Below the pieces are notes generated by a model that saw only the letters and a program-made list of their open reading frames with translations, was not told where the DNA came from and made no database searches. A stretch of 64,000 bases of DNA, taken from contig QPMI01000267.1 in assembly GCA_004431415.1 (NCBI GenBank), positions 20,730 through 84,729 on the forward strand, in the 5' to 3' direction. The stretch comes from Cyanophora paradoxa CCMP329 (taxonomy: Eukaryota; Plantae; Glaucophyta). A program made the translations under genes and the position numbers. Shown here one piece after another: positions 16,898 to 29,796 of this stretch; positions within the stretch are counted from its first letter, which is position 1; every line of letters begins with the position of its first letter.

Positions 16898-19075
16898 ATG
16901 AACTACCAAAACTTCACCGTCCTGATTACCGGTGAGCGCCCCTGCTCCGAGGCTCAGCGGCTCTCGTCAACGTAATCGCTCTCCCGAGCACCCCGTCCCG
17001 GAATATGAATGCGGGCTCTCTCTGACTTTCACGCGGAGGCGCTGGTTCGGGGATCGGCCGCTCGTTGGCGTCGTGCTTCGCCGAGCGGGGCGCGAACGTC
17101 GTACTGGTCGACCGCACCCAGCGCGAGCTTGAGAACTGGTGCGCTCTCCCGTGGGGCGCGTGAAATCATGAGCGGCGCTCAAGCGCGTACCTCGGAAAAT
17201 TTACGCAGTGCGCGGGAGTGCAAGGAGAAGTACGGCGTGCGCCCGTACCGCTTTCGCTTTTACTGGCTTAATCTCGCGGCTGATATTTTGCTCCCGACTC
17301 GCCCGCCGCGCCCGCGCGCTGCCGGTTCAGGACCGACTGATCCACTTCGTCTCCGACCTCACGCGCGTCGAGGATCTCCAGCGCCTCGTCGGCGAGACCG
17401 TGAACCGGTTCGGCGGAATTGATGTGCGCCGCCAGCCGAGAGCTCGAATTCGATTGTTCGCAGCCCACGATATATATTTATATAATTAAGCGCTGACTGC
17501 CTGTCGATGCGTACAGGTCCTCATTAACAACGCTGTGCGCACAGTTGCAGCACCTGCATGCGCAGCCTCGAGCTCTGAATTCAACCGAATTAATATCCCG
17601 CGGGCCCAATCATTGAATATCCCGCACGATCAAGCCCTTGAAGCTCAATTATAAGCTGACCATCCCCCGCGCGCGCTTTTGTGCAGGGCGTTCTCGATGG
17701 CAACAAGCGCGCACAGGAGGCAAACCTTGCCGAGTGGGAGTACTGCATGGTACGTGCGAAACTGTCCAATCGATGTCTACAATTTAGCAAATCGCTTTCG
17801 CGGCCGCGGACCGGATTGTAAGAATCATTTCGTTTTCAGGACGTGAACCTCCGTGCCCCGATGCACCGTGCGCATATATATATGCATGCGCCCCCGTGCT
17901 CCGCCACGCCATTTGAAATTGCGGCCTGTAATTATAATGAGCGCAACTGATTGCCGCATGCACATGTATGCGCAGTTACTCGCCTCGCGCTTGGTAAATT
18001 CCCAATCTACATTTAATTATAGCCGCCGGGCCGCGCTGGTTCAGTTAACGCTTAACTCGCGCAGAGAACATGATTCAGCGGCGCGACCCGAACCGGCCGA
18101 AGGCCATCGTCTTCATGGTGCGAAAGTTTTGAATTTAAATCCCCGTGGGCGCGGCTGCATTTCACGATCACTTTCATCTGCTGATCACGATCACGGTACC
18201 GGTGGTGCGGGGCTGCAGACGGGCGGCTACGCGAAGGAGTCGCAGGCGCGGATGGCGGCGTACACGGCGACGAAGCACGGCCTGCGCGGCTTCGCCGGCT
18301 CCCTCTTCGAAGACGTCCGCGACCACGGTCCGCCGCCCCCGCCAGCGCCAGCCCCGGTTCCGCCCACGCCGCCCGCGCCCGGCCCTTAAGCTTGCTCCGA
18401 TCCGCCATATATATGCATCGAGCCGTGATTGATCGAGATTGCGATTCGACCGCATTCGGGGCGTACGCGCAGGCATCAAGGTCATCCAAATCTCGCCGGT
18501 GAGCCCAAATTAAATTGAACCGCGCTTAACTCCGCCAACAAGCGCGGATCGCGATCGGACCGTCGGACGGGTGGCAGGGGTACACGGCGACGAAGATGAC
18601 GGAGGAGGTGTTGAGCCGGACGGGGGGGCAGCGCTACGATGAGTCCCGCCTCGTGCGCCTCGCCGTCCCTCCTGATCATGAAGACCTACGCCCAGGCCTA
18701 GGGCCCCGGCCCCGGCCTGCATCTAGATCTGGCCCGGCCCTGGCCATAGGGCCGGGCCGCTGCACGGGCCGGGGCGGCCGCGGGGACTGTAGCTGTTTGT
18801 ATATAATTATTTATGATCTCACCGACGCTTTTCCCTCCGCAGCTGTCCCCGAGCGACATTGCCCGCACGATTTGCTTCGCCGTGAGCATTTTGCTTCGTA
18901 GCTATATAGCTATATATATATGTATAGATCGAACTCCATATCTTAAATTTGCTTACCGAATCCTGACTGGCCACGGTTTCGGGCCGGTGCCTCGGGTCCG
19001 CAGATTGAGCAGCCGCAAAACGTCTGTGTGACCGACATCGTGATCCGCGGCCAGCTGCCGCACACCCCATACTAG
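16898..19075 (+). CDS. Classical short-chain dehydrogenase/reductase with many small exons
   Basis: Spliced motifs VLITGAGSGIG, FGGIDVLINNAG, DVNL, YTATK (YxxxK), GIKVIQISPGYTAT, LSPSDIARTI, ending DIVIRGQLPHTPY*. Confidence 0.93.
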
Positions 19076-19595
19076 GCTCCACGGGCCGGCGCCCCGCCGG
19101 GCGGCCGCCGGCGCCCGGCGCGCACCTATAGCTGGACCCCTTGGCGACCCGTAATGTCAGTTTTTCGCGGGGGCCGCGCCTCCGGTTTACAATTTGCAAT
19201 ATTAATTGCAATTTTGCTGCTGTCGACGTCGACGTCGATCCGATGATCAACCCATGGTCATGATCAATGCGCATGCGCGTATACGTACATTCAAGATCAT
19301 GATCAATTATACGTACATGGGCACTATATATATAGCTAAAGGTTTTCGCACTTCGAACTCGCGAATTTTGCAGCTGGGGGGAGAAAACAGGGGGGTAGAG
19401 GTCACTGGAGCTCCTCGTCGCGCATCGATCAACGTGTGATGAGAAGCCGCTGAGCTAGCGTGCGGATCCGGAAGCACAGCGAGCGGAAGCCAGGGAGACC
19501 GACGTCGAAGCGCGGAAGCCCGGCCTGAGCCCGACCTGAGATCTGCCAACAGCTCCAGCCACGTACCAGCGCTCCAGCCACGCACGTTCGCTAGC

Positions 19596-21457
19596 ATGGC
19601 ATACGGGACCGACGTGCGTCACCCAACGCTGGGCTGTGGCGGCGTGGCTGACGCGCGCACCGCAGACGCTCTTCTCCGTGTCGCGAGCGATACCGGTGAC
19701 GCGCCAGGCGCTCCAGAACCTCTCCGTGCTCGACGAGGACACGCGGTTCCAGCTCTCCAGGGCGACCACGGAGGCGGTGCAGCTCCTGCGGCGCGTGCTC
19801 GCCTCCTCCGGCCCGAGTTGCAATTACATCGAACTCGACTTCGAGGGTGCGCTTTGGGTGCTGCTTCTGCTGGTGGTCGCGCCTCCGACGGGCCGCTCTC
19901 CAGGGAACTCGGAGCACGCGCAGGCGGTGTGCGAGGCAGCGGCGTTGATGCGGCACGCGCGGGCGCTCAAGCTGTGCGAGGTGTCGCTGGCGGCGTCGGC
20001 GCTGGCGGCGGCGTTGGGCGGGGCGGCGACGAGCCTCTTCCTGTACCGGGTGGCGGTGGCGGGGGAGGGCCAGGCCGAGCTCCTCGCCCGCCTCGACGAG
20101 ATCCAGGTCGAGACCCTCTCCCTCCAGGAGTCCGACTGCCCCGTAGCCCTCTCTGGCGCGCCCCCGCCCCCCGCCCGCCCGCCCCGCAGCCCCGTGCGAT
20201 CTCCGCCCCGCAGGGCGCCGCCAGAAGGAGCCATCCGAGTCGTGGTTCGGGCAGCTGGTGGGGCGCGGCGCGGCGGTGGCGCGCAAGCTCGTGGTGAAGA
20301 ACTGCAAGGGCCTCACGGACGGGGCGGTCCGGGCGCTTGCGGGGGTCCTGCGCGGCCCGCACCGCCTTGAGGAGGTGCACCTGTCGGGGGCCCCCGGCGT
20401 CTCCTCCGCGGCCTGGGCGGACCTTCAGCACGCCGTCGCCGCCCTCCGCGGCGCCGGCCACCGGCCCCCGCCCCCGGAGATCCGGTCCGCACGCGCAGCG
20501 CCCTCCTGGGGTCCGCGCTGACGGCTGCGGGGGCCAGGGTGGAGGGGCGGCGCCTCGAGGAGGGCACCGCGCTGCCCCCCGCCGGTCCCAGCAAGCGCCC
20601 GCGCTCCTCCCTCGAGGGCGCCGACCCGCACGAGGACTCCGACGGCACCAGCGCCCCCGCCGCCGCCCGGGCCCCGCCCCGGCCCCGCCCCACCCCCGCC
20701 CCGCGCGGCCCCACCCCGCCCCCGGAGGCACCGGCCGGCTCTTCGTCAGCCCCCGTGCCGTCCGCGGGCCCCTCGGCCACTCGCAAAGCCGCCACTACGC
20801 CAGTCGCCGGTGCGTCTCGCGCTCGAAAGGGCCTGCCAGCCGCTGAGGCCCCGCAGACGAACGTGTGCCGGCTGCTCCTCCGCCAACGGCCGCCGAGCAG
20901 CCGAGCGGGCAGGGCGAAGAAAGCCCCGCAGGGAAGGGGGCCGGCGGGAGGCGCCTACCCCCGGCCGACGCAGGAAGTCACGCGCAGACCGAGCCCCGTA
21001 AGGCGCGGCGGGCGGGGGCGCCGGAGCAGCGGCAACGGGCGCGGGGCGGGGGGGCGATGATGCTGCTGGCGGAGGCGGTGTGCGCGGAGCGGGGCGGGAG
21101 CGAGGCGAGCGCCTCAAGCAGCGACGACGAGGAGGGGCCGCAGGGGACCCTCCTCTGGCTCCGCCGCCTCCACTCCGATGCCCCGCCTGTGCCCCTCTGG
21201 CTGCCCCTCCGCGGCGAGGGCGCCGCCGCCGCCGCCACCCTCCCCGCCCTCCTCGGTCCGCCGGCCCCGCCCCGCACGCCGGCCCCGCGCTGAGGGGGCC
21301 GGGCGCTGCAGCGGCGGCAAGCGCGCTCTTCGAGGAGAAGGTGGTGGAGCTCTGGGACGCGCGCCTGAACGGGGTGCAGAGCGCGACGGACGCCCTCGCC
21401 GCCCCGCCCGGCACCGCCTTCTACGCCGCCACCCCCCGCGACCTCGCCTCCCACTAG
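19596..21457 (+). CDS. RNI-like leucine-rich repeat protein
   Basis: LRR-like units (ETLSLQES, RKLVVKNCKGLTDGAVRALA, RLEEVHLSGAPGVS) with short GT-AG introns; stop at 21457. Confidence 0.65.
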
Positions 21458-21742
21458 CACCAGTACCCTCCCGCCCCCTGTTCCCGCCCATCCCTTCGTT
21501 CGCGATTGGGGCTCTGTAACTCGCTGCATTTTGTTTCAAGACTTCTCTTTGAAACGTGCAACTCTCCCCCCAGAGAATCTTTTCGAATGCATGTGCCCCG
21601 CGCCCCAGAGAGAGGGCCCCAGCATTCAGCACTCGCGCGCCGCAGTCCTTGCAATTGTGCTCTTGAATGTACACTGCAGCTGCCTTGAGCTCCGGTACAG
21701 CGGCGCGTGCGCACGGTGAATGTACAGCGGGCGGCCGGGCCC

Positions 21743-24700
21743 TCAGCTGCCCCAGGTGGAGCCGTAGTAGGGAGACGGCGAGGGCGCCGAGTACGAGTCC
21801 GAGTAGGGCAGCGGGCTGAATGGCATGCCCGTGTAGGGGGACCACATGGAGGAGGTGGGGAGCGCCGGGCTCGCCGGCGGGGCGCTCGCGGTGTAGGCGC
21901 TGGTGGAGGAGGCCGGGGCGCTGTGCGCCGAGTACGAGCCCGTGCCGGCGGTGAAGGTCGCCTGCGCCTGCGGGTTGTACGAGCTGGCAGCGTGGCTGCC
22001 AGCCGCCGCCGCCGCCGCCGCCGTCGAGCCGGCTGCGGTCGCAGTCGAGCCGGCCGCCGCCGCCGAGGCGAGGGCAGAGGGCTGGAGGAAGGTCGGGACG
22101 GCGCCCTGCGAGTACGAGGCCTGCGCGCTGGAGCTCCCGCGCTGGGCGGACGCCGAGGAGGCCGAGGCCGGCGCCGAGCTCTGCCGCGAGCTGCTGGGCG
22201 CCGGGGGCGGCAGGAAGGTCGGCACGTTGTCCCGCGACTCTTGCGTGGCCCCCGTGTAGCCCGAGTAGCTCGCCGCCGCCCCCGCCGAGGAGGCGTACGT
22301 GCTCGACGAGGAGCGCGTGTCGACCCGCTCCCGCTGCGAGCCCGAGCTGCCCGACTGGCTCTGCTGAGCCCGCGACTGCGGCTGCGAGTAGGCTGCCGCC
22401 GCCTGCGAGTAGGCCGCCTGCGCCGTCTGCGTGTAGGCCTGCGCCGCCTGCGCCGCCTGCGAGTAGGCCGACTGCGGCTGCGTGTACGTCGTCTGCGCCG
22501 CCTGCGAGTAGGCCGACTGGGCCGTCGGCGCCGCCTGCGAGTAGCCGGCCTGCGCCGCTTGCGAGTAGGCGGACTGGGCCGTCTGGGCGGCCTGCGTGTA
22601 GGCGGACTGCGCCGCCTGCGCCTGCGAGTAGGCGGACTGGTCGGCCTGCGAGTAGGCGGACTGCGTGGCCTGGGCGGCCTGCGTGTAGGCCTGCGAGGCG
22701 GTCTGCGCGCGGCTCGACGAGGACGAGACGCCCGAGGCGGAGCTGCCCGCCCCGGAGGCCCCCACGCTCGAGAGACCCGCCCCCGTGGCCGGCAGGCTTG
22801 TCCCCGAGACGCCGGCGCCGGAGCCGCTCGAGGAGGAGAGGCCGATGGCCGGGAGGGCGCTCTGGGCCTGCACAGGAGCAGCCGGCGCGGCCTGCGGGAG
22901 CTGGAGCTGCTGGGCCTGCTGCTGGTAGGCGGCCTGCTGCTGGTAGGCGTACGCCTGCTGCATCTGCTGCTGCATGTATTGCTGCTGCATCATCAGCTGC
23001 TGCATCTGCTGCATCTGCATCTGGTACGCCGCCTCCAGACCCCCCGCCGCCGCCCCCGCCGGGTACCCCGCCGCCGCCGCCGCCGCCATCGCCGCGGAGG
23101 CCGCCGCAGCCGTGGCCGGGTCCTGCGGCACCTCTTCCGCCGCCGCCTCTTCCTCCTCCTCTTCTCCCCGCGCGGCCGCCTGCCCTCCGCTGGACCGGTT
23201 CCGCGTCCGGCCTCGCGACTCGCTCCGGCCACTCGCGCGGCCGGCACCCGACTCGGCTGCGCCTGCAGCCCGACCAGCCGATCCGCGCCCGGCCGCTCCT
23301 TGAGCGCCTGCCGTGGCCGCCGAAGCACGTGGCGCGGTGGCGGCAGCGCCGGCGGCGGAGCGCGCTCCAGCGGAGGCGGCGCTGGGGCGGCCGGCGGAAG
23401 AGGCCCGGGAGGCGGGCGGCTGCGGCGTCCCCGTGGCGCTCGATGCGCGCGATCCGGCTGCCGCTGCTGCACCCGTCGCCTTGCTCGTCACTCGCACCGC
23501 TGTTCCCGTTGCACTCGTTGCCACAGCTGCCACCGGAGCCGGCGGGAGCGGCGGGGCAGCGGGGGTGGCGGAGCCAGCATTGCGGCGACGCGGGCTGCGC
23601 GGCGAGCAGCAGGCGTGGCCGGCGTAGCGGCGGGCGCCGGCGCGGCGGCTGCGGAGGCGGCTGCGGGGCGGCTGCGGGGGCGGCTGCGGGTGCGGCTGCG
23701 GGGCTGCCTGGGGGCCAGCTGCGGGCGCTGCGGGCGCGGCGCCTGCCGCCGGAGCGTCCTTCGTCCTCCGCTTCCGCTTCTTTGACGCCGTCGGGGCGCC
23801 CTCGCTGCCCGCCCCCGCAGCCGCCGAAGCAGACGCGGCGGCGGCGGCGGCGGCCGGAGCGGCGGCGGCAGTGGCCCGCGCGGCCGGAGCGGCCGAAGAG
23901 GAGGAAGCCGCCGGCGCAGAGGCCGCCGCCGGAGCGGCGGGGCTGGGGCGGCGGGGCGTCAGCGGAGGCGCCGGGGTGTCGGCCTTGGCCTTGCCGCGGG
24001 GCTTGCGGGGCGTGTGGACGGGCTCCTTGCCGCCGGCGAGGGAGCCGTCCATGACGCAGCGCACGGCGCGGTTGCCCCGAAGGCAGAGCTCCAGCTGCCC
24101 GTTGCGTGAGGCCGGCGGCGGGGGCGGCGGGGCGGGCGGGGGCGCACGAGGAGCTCGTAGAGGATGCAGTTGGTGGGCCCCAGCTCGCGCTCCGGGGCGT
24201 AGCGCTCCCCCGAGAAGGCCTCCAGCAGGTCCAGCGCCTGGCCTGCGCCCCGGCCCCCCGCTCGGCCCCCGCGGTGGCGGGGCGGGGCGGCGGGCGGCGC
24301 TGCGCGGGCACCGAAGAGGTCGTCGTCGGAAATGATGCGCATGACCTCCACCACGGCCGCCACCCGCTCCTTCGCCGCCCTGCCGCCACCGCCGTCGTCA
24401 CCTTGGCCCCGCAAGCGCGGCGACGGGGGGTGGCCCCTGGCGGGCCGACGCACTCCTTGCGGGCGACCTGAGTGCCCTTCTTGAGGGGCTTGACGGGGAG
24501 GTTGCGGAGGAGGGGGAAGCGCTCCGTCGTGCGCTCCGTCTGCGAGAGCTGGATCTTCGCCTCGCGCGCCGCCGCCCGCGCCTCCTGCGCCTGCTTTTCC
24601 GCCAGCTGCGCCGCCGGCGTCGGCCCCGGCGCCGCCGCTGCGCGCCCCGGCACTGCGGACCTCGCAGGACTGCTTCGCGCGCATGAGCTCGCTGAGGCAG

Positions 24701-27700
24701 TGGCTCCGCGTGCGCTCCACCTGCGCGGCCGCTCAGGGCGGGGGAGGAGGGCGGGGGGCGGGGCGGGGCGGGCCTCGGCGAGGAGGGAGGCGCGGACGCG
24801 GGACTCGGCGGTGGCGAGCGACTCGCGGGCCGAGGCGAGCTCCCCGTTCAGCCGCTCCAGCTCCGCCGTCAGCCGCTGCACGTCCCGCGGCGGCGCAGGC
24901 CCCTGGCTCGCCCCCGCCCCGCTCCCCGCGGCCCCGCCACCGGCGCCCCCGCCGCTGCCGCTCGCCTCGAGGACCGCGATGCGGTCGTGCAGACGGAGGA
25001 GGAGTCCTTCGGCGTCCCGCAGCTTCGTCTGCGCCGCCTCCGCCTCCGCCCGCCAATGGCGCACCTCCGCCTCCTTGGCGCCGGCCTGGGCGGCGGCGAC
25101 GGCGCGGCCCTCCTCCATGTCGGCCGTCCGCTTCCGCACCTCTTCCAGCTCCGCCGCCGTCTTGGCCAGCTCCGCCCGCAGCTGCTCGACGAGCTCGGCG
25201 CTCGGGGGCTCGCCCGGGGTGACGCCCTGGGCGGGCCCGAGGAGCTTCTGCTTGCGCTTCTTGCGCTCCGCCTCGAGGAGCTTCTCGGTGTCCTTGAGCT
25301 TGTTGCGGAGGAAGGCGATGGTGGAGTCGCGGCCGTCGGCGCCGGGCGCCGCCGGCGCGGGGGCCCCCGGGCCGCTGCTGCCGCGCAGCGAGGCCTCGTG
25401 GGAGCGCTCCTCGCTGGAGAGCTTCTCCCGTAGGTACGCGATCAGGGCGTCCCGCGTGTCCTCCGCCGGGCCCAGGCTCTCCCCGCCCCCCAGCCCCGCC
25501 AGAGGGCCCGGGCCCCCCAGGTACCCCGCCAGCTCCTGGCCCTGCCCTCCCGAGCCGGAGCCGGCGCCGCGGCCCGGCGCCCCCGCCGAAGACGAGGAGC
25601 CGGCGCGGGGGTTGCTGGAGGCACCACCGGGTCCGGGGAGCCAGACTGTGGCCGACGTCGAGAGCGCCACGCTCCCGCGGGCGGCGGCGGCGGCGGCGGC
25701 GGCGCCCCCGGTGGGGACGGGGAGGGAGAGGGAGGTGGCGGCCTGCGTCAGGGCGATGCCGCGGGCGGCGGCGCTGCCGGCGGGGGCGGCGCCAATGCCG
25801 CCGGGGGCCGGGAGGGAGATGGTGGCCGAGGGCGGCGCGAGCGGGATCGCCCGCGCCGCCGACGGCCTTGATGAGGCCGGCACGGGGAGGACGATCGGCC
25901 CGCCCACGGGCCCCGTGCTCGACGGGGCGCCCAGGATGAGCCCGCCCGTCGTGCCCCCCCCGGGGGCCCCCGAGAGCGACCCGGGGTCCCCGGGGGCCGC
26001 CAAGGAGATGGAGCCTCCGGAGACGGGGAGCGGGAAGGAGGAGCCCGGGGCGGTGGCGACGCCGCGGCCCCCGGCGGACGGCGGAAGGGCGAAGCCGCCG
26101 GCGCCGCGACCCACCGACAGGGGGACCACACCCCGACCGTACCCGTACCCGGGGCCGGGCGCCGGGCTCGTCGCGAACGGGAACGGCCCCGCGCCGCGGG
26201 CCGCTCCCGAGAGGGGCACAGCGCCCGGAAGGGGCACAGGGAACCGAACGGGTACGGCGCCGGGGACAGGCCGGACGGGGACGGCACCCGGAATCGGGAA
26301 CCCGCGTCCGCCGACGGGCACGGCGCCTGGCTTGGGGGCGGCGTTCTTGCCTCCCTTGGACGCCGCCTTGGCGGCCTTCCCCGAGCTCTTGCCCTCGGAA
26401 GCCTGCGGCGCGCCGGGGTTAGGCGGCAGGCGCAGGGCCGCCCGGCGCGCGGCGCACCGCGCCCTCCTTGCGCTTCTTCTTGCCCTCCTTCTGGTTGGGG
26501 CGACGGAGCTTGTCGCGGTTGGCGCGCGAGGCGAGCGGGGCCTTCCGCCGCTTCTTGGCGCCGCCTCCGGCCTCCGAGGAGCTGGAGCTGGAGCTGCTCG
26601 CCCCCTCTTCCTCGGCGGAGGAGTAGGAGGAGGCGGACGAGGAGGAGTCTGCCTTCTTCTTCTTCGACTTGCGCCGGTTCCTGGCCGCCGGCTTGGACGC
26701 GCTCGCCCCGTCGCCCGTCTTCTGGCGCTTGGCGGCAGGCTTGGAGGGCGTCGACGTGCGCTTGGACCGCAACCTCGACGACGGGCCCGCCGGCGACTTG
26801 CCGGCAGCGCCGCCCTCCTCTCCCCCGCCTGCCCCCTCCTTCTCTGCATCCTTGCCTCCGCCCGCTTCAGCACCCGTCCCGTCGCCGATCGGACCCGTAC
26901 CGCCCGCTGCTGCGACCTCTCCATCCTCCGAAGCGTTCGGGACTTCCCGGATGTCAACACTCGGCTGCTCCGCCGCCGCTGATTCCGTGGCGCCCGAAGC
27001 TGCGCTCTCCTCCATCGCATCGGCGCCCTCGGCAGCGGCATCGCCCGCTGCACCAGCCTCCTCCGCTGCCACAGGCTCTGCCGACGCCTTCGCTGATTCG
27101 CGCGCGTCCGTTGTCTCCTCCGTCGCATCGGCGCTCTCAGCTGCGGCATCGTCGGCGGCATCGCCCGCTGCACCAGCCTCCTCCGCTGCCGCAGGCTCTG
27201 CCGACACCCCCGCTGATTCGCGCGCGTCCGTTGCCTCCTCCATCGCATCGGCGCCCTCAGCTGCGGCATCGTCGGCGGCATCGCCCGCTGCACCAGCCTC
27301 CTCCGCTGCCGCAGGCTCTGCCGACGCCTCCGCTGATTCGCGCGCGTCCGTTGCCTCCTCCATCGCATCGGCGCCCTCAGCTGCGGCATCGTCGGCGGCA
27401 TCGCCCGCTGCACCAACCTCCTCCGCTGCCGCAGGCTCTGCCGACGCCCCCGCTGATTCGCGCGCGTCCGTTGCCTCCTCCATCGCATCGGCGCCCTCAG
27501 CTGCGGCATCGTCGGCGGCATCGCCCGCTGCACCAACCTCCTCCGCTGCCGCAGGCTCTGCCGACGCCCCCGCTGATTCGCGCGCGTCCGTTGTCTCCTC
27601 CATCGCATCGGCGCCCTCAGCTGCGGCATCGTCGGCGGCATCGCCCGCTGCACCAGCCTCCTCCGCTGCCGCAGGCTCTGCCGACGTCTCCGCTGATTCG

Positions 27701-28394
27701 CGCGCGTCCGTTGCCTCCTCCGTCGCATCGGCGCCCTCAGCTGCGGCATCGTCGGCGGCATCGCCCGCTGCACCAGCCTCCTCCGCTGCCGCAAGCTCTG
27801 CCGACGCCCCCGCTGATTCGCGCGCGTCCGTTGTCTCCTCCACTGCATCGGCGTCTGGAACTGCATCGCCGGCGGGATCGATCACTGCACCGCTTTCCTG
27901 CGCGGCCGCAGGCTGCAGCGGACCTTCTGCAGATGCTTTCACATCCATCTCATCCGTTTCTTCCATCGCGGCGGTGTCTTCTGTGTCGTCGGCACCTTCA
28001 GTCGGATCGTCGACTGCGGTGGTCGCTGTGGTCTCCTCCGCCGCTGCCGGGGCAGGTTCCGGAGCCTCGGAGCTTTGCATATCGATCGCATCGCCCGGAA
28101 CGTGTGCTGCCTGTTGAGCTGCTTCGGTTAGACTGCCGGCAGGCCCAGCGTCCGTGTCAGCGTCCAAGGGCTTCGGGGCATCCTGGGACGATCGTAAGAA
28201 GGCAAGATGGCGAGAAAAAGCTTCGAGAAAACGCTGACAGGAGCGGGGTCCGAGTCGGAAAGCTGCCCGGGCTCCTTATCGAGGATTCCGTCAGAAGTTA
28301 GCGGATCTGCGAAGACGCTCGTTTTCAACGTCCGACTTTGAAATCTCTGATGCTATGCACTCGTACCTCCAGGCTGCTGGCCCTCCTCCGCCAT
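21743..28394 (-). CDS. Very long low-complexity protein: acidic 40-aa repeats, Lys/Ser basic patch, PGAVP repeats, coiled coil, Q/S/Y/A-rich C-terminus
   Basis: Start ATG 28394 (MAEEGQQPG|DPLTSDGILDKE...|DAPKPLDADT) joined through GT-AG introns to the 582-aa, 2250-aa and 773-aa open frames; ends YGSTWGS*. Confidence 0.75.
27013..27851 (-). repeat. 120-bp coding minisatellite (~7 copies) encoding EEATDARESAGASAEPAAAEEAGAAGDAADDAAAEGADAM-like repeats
   Basis: Sequence lines repeat at 120-bp period (27121, 27241, 27361, 27481, 27601, 27721) with few substitutions and no frame change. Confidence 0.95.
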
Positions 28395-28580
28395 CCGCGA
28401 ACTCGCCCTTGGCAATTAGGATCGTCGGCTCTACTGTGTCGAGCGAAACGTCTCTATCACGTTCAGGATCCCAATTCGACGTTTTCACGCCGCTGCGGAA
28501 AACGAGGCGATCCAGGGACTAGAGCCGGGGGGAAGTGGATTCCCGGGGCTACAGGCTCACCACTGCGTTCGCCGAGAACG
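28395..28580. promoter_or_regulatory. Compact bidirectional promoter region (186 bp between divergent ATGs)
   Basis: ATG 28394 (-) and ATG 28581 (+) are head to head. Confidence 0.5.
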
Positions 28581-29764
28581 ATGGCCGAGGAGCGCGAGGC
28601 GAAGCGCGCGCGCGTAGAAAGCTCGTCAGCAACGAGCGACGCACTGAACGTGGACACGAGCGACGAGCGGCTGCAGCTGATCGACCTCCCGGATGAACTT
28701 CTCCTTCGCGTTTTCTCGAGCTGCAGCGCCAACGCAAGCCGCTGTGCTCTCGCGAGGACGTGCAAGAGGCTGCACCAGCTGTCGAACTTGCCGGAAGCCG
28801 GGTGGCGCTATTTGCCGCTGCGCGTCAGCGTCGGGTGCTCTGCCGAGGACGCGTCGACAGCGAAGGCCGAATCTGTCCTCGGCGAGAGATTTGAGGGCCG
28901 CTTCATGTGCGCGATGCATTTTCTACCGGCTTGTGCGATGTGCAGCCAGCGTACGCACGCACAGGAGCGGGACGGAAGCGATCGAGTTTGCCTCCGAGCG
29001 GCGCTTCGGCCGCGTCACCACTCTTCGTTTCGTTTTCGCGCGGCGGCGGCCGCGGTCTACATCCGTGCAGGATTGCGAGGAGGAGCTGGCTGTTCTCGAC
29101 AGGTGAGGACGCGAGCGAAGACCTCGAGGAGCTATAGCTAGCGCTAGGCGGCGGCCCGAGTCGCCCGGGGGCGGCGCAGAGTGCTTGCGGGCGCCTCCTT
29201 CGCGGGCGTCGTCACGGACCTCTACCTGTACGTCTACAAGCCCGTGCTCTGCGAGGACGACGCCGGGGAGGGCGGCGGGGCGGGGGGGCAGGGCTTCTCG
29301 GCGATGCGGGAGGTGGAGCCGGGGGCGGACGAGGCAGAGGTTATCGCCCGGCGCCTCCCCAGCCTCCGCTCCGTGTTCTGCACCGAGGTGCCACCCCGCC
29401 CCGCCACCGCCCCCTGCGCACACTGCCGGCCCGAGGCGGCGCACAGGGCGGCCTGCGGACCTTCACGGGGCTCGCGCTGGGGGGCCTGCGGGGCCTGGAG
29501 CAGCTGCTGACGGCGCGCCACCTGCGCTCCTGGCACCTCCTCCTCGCCCTCTTCCCCCGCCTCCACCGCCTCTCCAACTGCGTCCTCTCGGGGGGCGCCG
29601 CCCCCCGCCCCCCGCGCCCCGCGCCCCGCCGACGGGCGCCCGCAGGAACGAGGGCCTCCGCCTCCTCGCCGCCCCCGACGCGGCGCGGCGCGGGCACGCC
29701 GCGGCGCGCCGCCTCTTCTTCGAACCGGCCGTTCTCTTCGCCCTCGGCCCGACCTCGCCGCCCG

Positions 29765-29796
<32 letters not shown>

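Noticed and set aside
16318-19360. 11-bp inverted match GAGTTCGAAGT / ACTTCGAACTC around the SDR gene as TIRs
   Set aside because: Too short, no TSD, and TTCGAA-type words recur in several intergenic regions here.
21114-27866. 2250-aa ORF and other very long Arg/Pro/Gly/Ala-rich ORFs on both strands
   Set aside because: Stop codons are rare at this GC content. The ORFs read through introns and wrong frames; only parts are real exons.
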